Assembly: GCA_040954595.2 (NCBI GenBank)
Contig: CM082583.2
Location: 4,143,274 to 4,207,273 of the forward strand
Direction of reading: 5' to 3'
DNA from: Balanoglossus misakiensis
Lineage: Eukaryota > Animalia > Hemichordata
Length of the DNA stretch: 64,000 bases
Shown here: positions 53,206 through 64,000 of the stretch, piece after piece
Layout: each line of letters opens with the position of its first letter
How positions within the stretch are numbered: position 1 is the first letter of the stretch
Notes under the pieces: generated by a model
The model's database searches: none
Told to the model about the DNA's origin: nothing
Seen by the model: only the letters and a program-made list of their open reading frames with translations
Program-made: the position numbers and the translations under genes

Positions 53206-53310
53206 ACAGTCGCCAGGCACAAAGGCGTGTAAGTAATTTGACTTATCAGCTATTTAATGCTAATAACCGAATTTTAGCTCGTTTCAGGGACTTGACAGAG
53301 GATAACTGAC

Positions 53311-54145
53311 ATGGCCGCAACATTTGACTTTGATGAATGGCCTGGCATAAAACTCCGAATTGACGAAACTATTTCCAAAAAAGGTAAAACTTCACAACCT
53401 TCCTTCTTGAAGTGAGACATTGCTATCACACACTGCAGTTATACTTCAGTATCCTGGATACATTTAACCTTCACACTACCACCCCTCTCGATCTCTTGAT
53501 AAAAATTTAACGCGCCATTTTTCGGCGTGATTTTTTTAAATGAGTAATGCTTTAAACAGTTAGTAATTAAACGGATCCTATGGATTAATCAGTTTAGAAT
53601 ATCACGTTTCAAATAATTAAAATAGAAAGATTATCCACGTTGTTTAAATAATTTTTGACATTGACATGAACTTTGGAATTTTGACGGTAGAGTGTTTTAT
53701 TTACGTCAGTATAAGCGACTTATTTAACTAGTGTAGTTTTCAACTACTTGTTCTAATTTTCACAATATTTTTTTTCGAAAATAGTTGTTATCAATAAATT
53801 GTATTTCTTCGGTACTAACAATTATAAAGCCCAAAGGAAAGATTAAATAGGATATATCTTATACTATGGTACATGAAATACATCAAAATGTCTATCAAAT
53901 ATATAGAACTCGTAACGAATTCTTATTGCGTTTTCATAATGAAGAATTTGTAAAGTTCAAGAGCAGATGCAGACAGTTTGTGGACGAGGAGACGCTTGAA
54001 TCTTTGCATACTCCACTGGAGCTAATAAACGAATTAGAAAGGAGAAGACATGTAGACTTTTTTCATGGTAAAACACGTGTTCTGGAAGAGCTCTTGGAGG
54101 AAAGTGGTCACGGAGAGTTGGCAAAGTTAGTAAGAAAACAATCAG
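53311..54145 (+). CDS. Death effector domain (DED) protein, first two coding exons (3' end not resolved)
   Basis: Exons 53311-53383 (MAATFDFDEWPGIKLRIDETISKK, donor AAG|GTAAAA) and 53945-54145 (EFVKFKSRCRQFVDEETLESLHTPLELINELERRRHVDFFHGKTRVLEELLEESGHGELAKLVRKQS, donor CAG|GTAGGA), phase 1/1. The pattern matches the DED consensus (I.e.ls..e...lK..C......lE...tpleL...LE......L.eLL....r.dL...v). Confidence 0.7.
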
Positions 54146-54581
54146 GTAGGAGTCATACTATTCACGCTGAATTTCATGATTTATGTTGTTTATACTAAAG
54201 GCATGTCTTGCAATCAATACTCTAGTGCCACATACATTGCTTGCCAAATAGAAAATCGCAAGTTCATTAAGGTGGTACGCTACCATTCAAATTTCTGTCC
54301 GGATATCCACGAAACTTATTTTTTTTCATTTTGCCTAAGTACCTTCTGTAAAAAAAAAATAAAGAAGAAGAAAATATAGGGTACCTAAGCAATTTTTTTT
54401 CAGAAAATGGTGCCAAAAACACCTACAATGAACGAAAATTGGCATTGAAATTTGTGTGTTTCTACTAAAATCAAACTAATTTGTTAAATTTCATTGTCAA
54501 TCTGATAAAACATTGATACCACCATGATATCTACGGAATCAACTATTTTTTTCCACAAATCACAATTTTGTCAAAATGAGT

Positions 54582-55397
54582 GATATGTAACCAAAAAGGG
54601 AGGTTCTGTAACATGCATTATAAAATGGGGTCCCCGCACTCGTTTTCCTGTAAAATCACAAAATGGTGTGCATATTATAATATTGCAGAACTACCCATGC
54701 AATACTATAATATGAACAACATGTTGTGGTTTTACCGGAAAACGAGTGTGGGGACCCCAATTTTATTTAAATTTAAGCAATAACCCCCACCGCAGACTGG
54801 TATACACGAGATTTTGGTACAATTCGAGACATAGGCCTCTATAGTACGAGCCGTTAGGCGAGTGCTATATGGAGCAAATTGTTCCAAAATGGAGTGTATA
54901 CCAAACTGACGCGGGGGTTATTGCTATTATATTATATCAACAATTGATTTTGTGGCATATCAGTGTCATTTTCTTAACGAAACAGCGTCAGAAAAAGAAG
55001 TAAGGAGCGTGAACCGACGATGAATATAAACATGAGCGGCCCGGGATCGAGCATTAAACATGAAGCAGACGACAAAAAGTTACAAGACCGGCGTCGAGCA
55101 TGTCAAAAGTGCAAAATATTCAGAGCAGAGCAGTTCAAAAATACAACGTCCGTAAATTTAAGTGTTTTTATGTTATTTATTTGGTTTAATCCCACGCGAC
55201 TGTGATTTAACCGCACATTTTCCCTGCTGAATGCTAGTTCAGGGGCCCGTTTTACCACTGCCAGCAGTGGTAAAACAGTATTTTGCAATCGCTGGATTCA
55301 GCTCTCGTCCAATCAGAATGGCGGACGTTAGCATGATATAATGTACATGTAATAATAATAATGCATGTTACAGAACCTCCCTTTTTGGTTACATATC
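54582..55397. repeat. Perfect 40-bp inverted repeat pair bracketing a hairpin element
   Basis: GATATGTAACCAAAAAGGGAGGTTCTGTAACATGCATTAT (54582-54621) / ATAATGCATGTTACAGAACCTCCCTTTTTGGTTACATATC (55358-55397). No TSD seen. Confidence 0.8.
54776..55342 (+). mobile_element. Non-autonomous hairpin element (CryptonV/TE-X-like architecture)
   Basis: Imperfect palindrome 54776-54925 (AGCAATAACCCC...TGGTATACAC...GAGCCGTTAGGCGAG...GTGTATACCA...GGGGTTATTGCT). ATTATATCA (54931-54939) is complementary to TGATATAAT (55334-55342). Inner perfect hairpin GTTTTACCACTGC/GCAGTGGTAAAAC at 55249-55276. Confidence 0.65.
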
Positions 55398-56019
55398 CAA
55401 TCGATGGGCGCTGTTTATTTGTACAAAAACAAATGTTGAAAAATGTTGCGTTCTTTAAATTATTGCCCTTTTGAGGCAAATTGTCGAGATGATGTGTAAA
55501 GAATGTTCATATACAGAGAGTTGAGTTTGTTTACAAGCAGTACTACATTTTGCCATCAGGTTCTACAGGACAAACCCAGGGCGTACGCAAATACAACCAT
55601 TAGTGAAATTCTTTACACTTAAAAATCCATGCCCCAGGTGTGATGATAGACGTACTGCCACTGTTAGTTGCAGTGTCAGCGATAGGCTGAAATGTTATGA
55701 ATATTTTATGGTCCGATACAGTGAGAAAGTATTCAACTATAGAGTAGTATAAATTACCATAATTATTTCCTCAGAGTCATACTACAGGGTTGCTGCAGCG
55801 GTTCTTATTGAAAATAAAGTAAATAGATATTTTCGATGCCAGACTGTTCCTGCTATAACCCACTTTCTCTTTTCTTGCTGCTGTACGCCCATCTTTTGAC
55901 TTATTAGCTGAGGTGAGAATATTATGTTTTTTTGGTATATATGTGTATGTAATCTTTGTCTTATCTATCCATTTTCCCGCAAACAATTGTGGAGTTCATA
56001 GCTTGACAACCATTACAGC

Positions 56020-64000
<7,981 letters not shown>

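Overview
Intron-rich animal genomic DNA; an invertebrate deuterostome (hemichordate or echinoderm) is my inference from the gene and repeat types and is not proven. Three spliced genes lie on the + strand. (1) A 25-coding-exon HELZ2-like gene (CDS 6056-22906, about 3,120 aa): N-terminal TPR, zinc fingers, a degenerate SF1B helicase, an acidic tract, an RNB/RNase II exoribonuclease domain with an intact catalytic motif, and an intact UPF1-like SF1B helicase. One splice junction is out of phase by 1 nt. (2) A 17-exon FN3-type receptor tyrosine kinase (CDS 30931-49664, 795 aa) with a non-RD catalytic loop (HGDLAARN). Its 10.4-kb intron holds a young 5'-truncated RTE-X-like LINE with a perfect 14-bp TSD, nested inside a TTAA-flanked Kolobok-like element. 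(3) The first coding exons of a death-effector-domain (DED) gene (53311-54145), followed by a modular satellite of about 29 units that fills 56-64 kb. Several non-autonomous DNA elements are also present: three hairpin-plus-internal-IR CryptonV/TE-X-like elements, two PIF/Harbinger-like MITEs and one Academ-like MITE. There are microsatellites and local duplications. I found no rRNA, credible tRNA or CRISPR array. All exon models were built by hand from GT-AG sites and reading phase.
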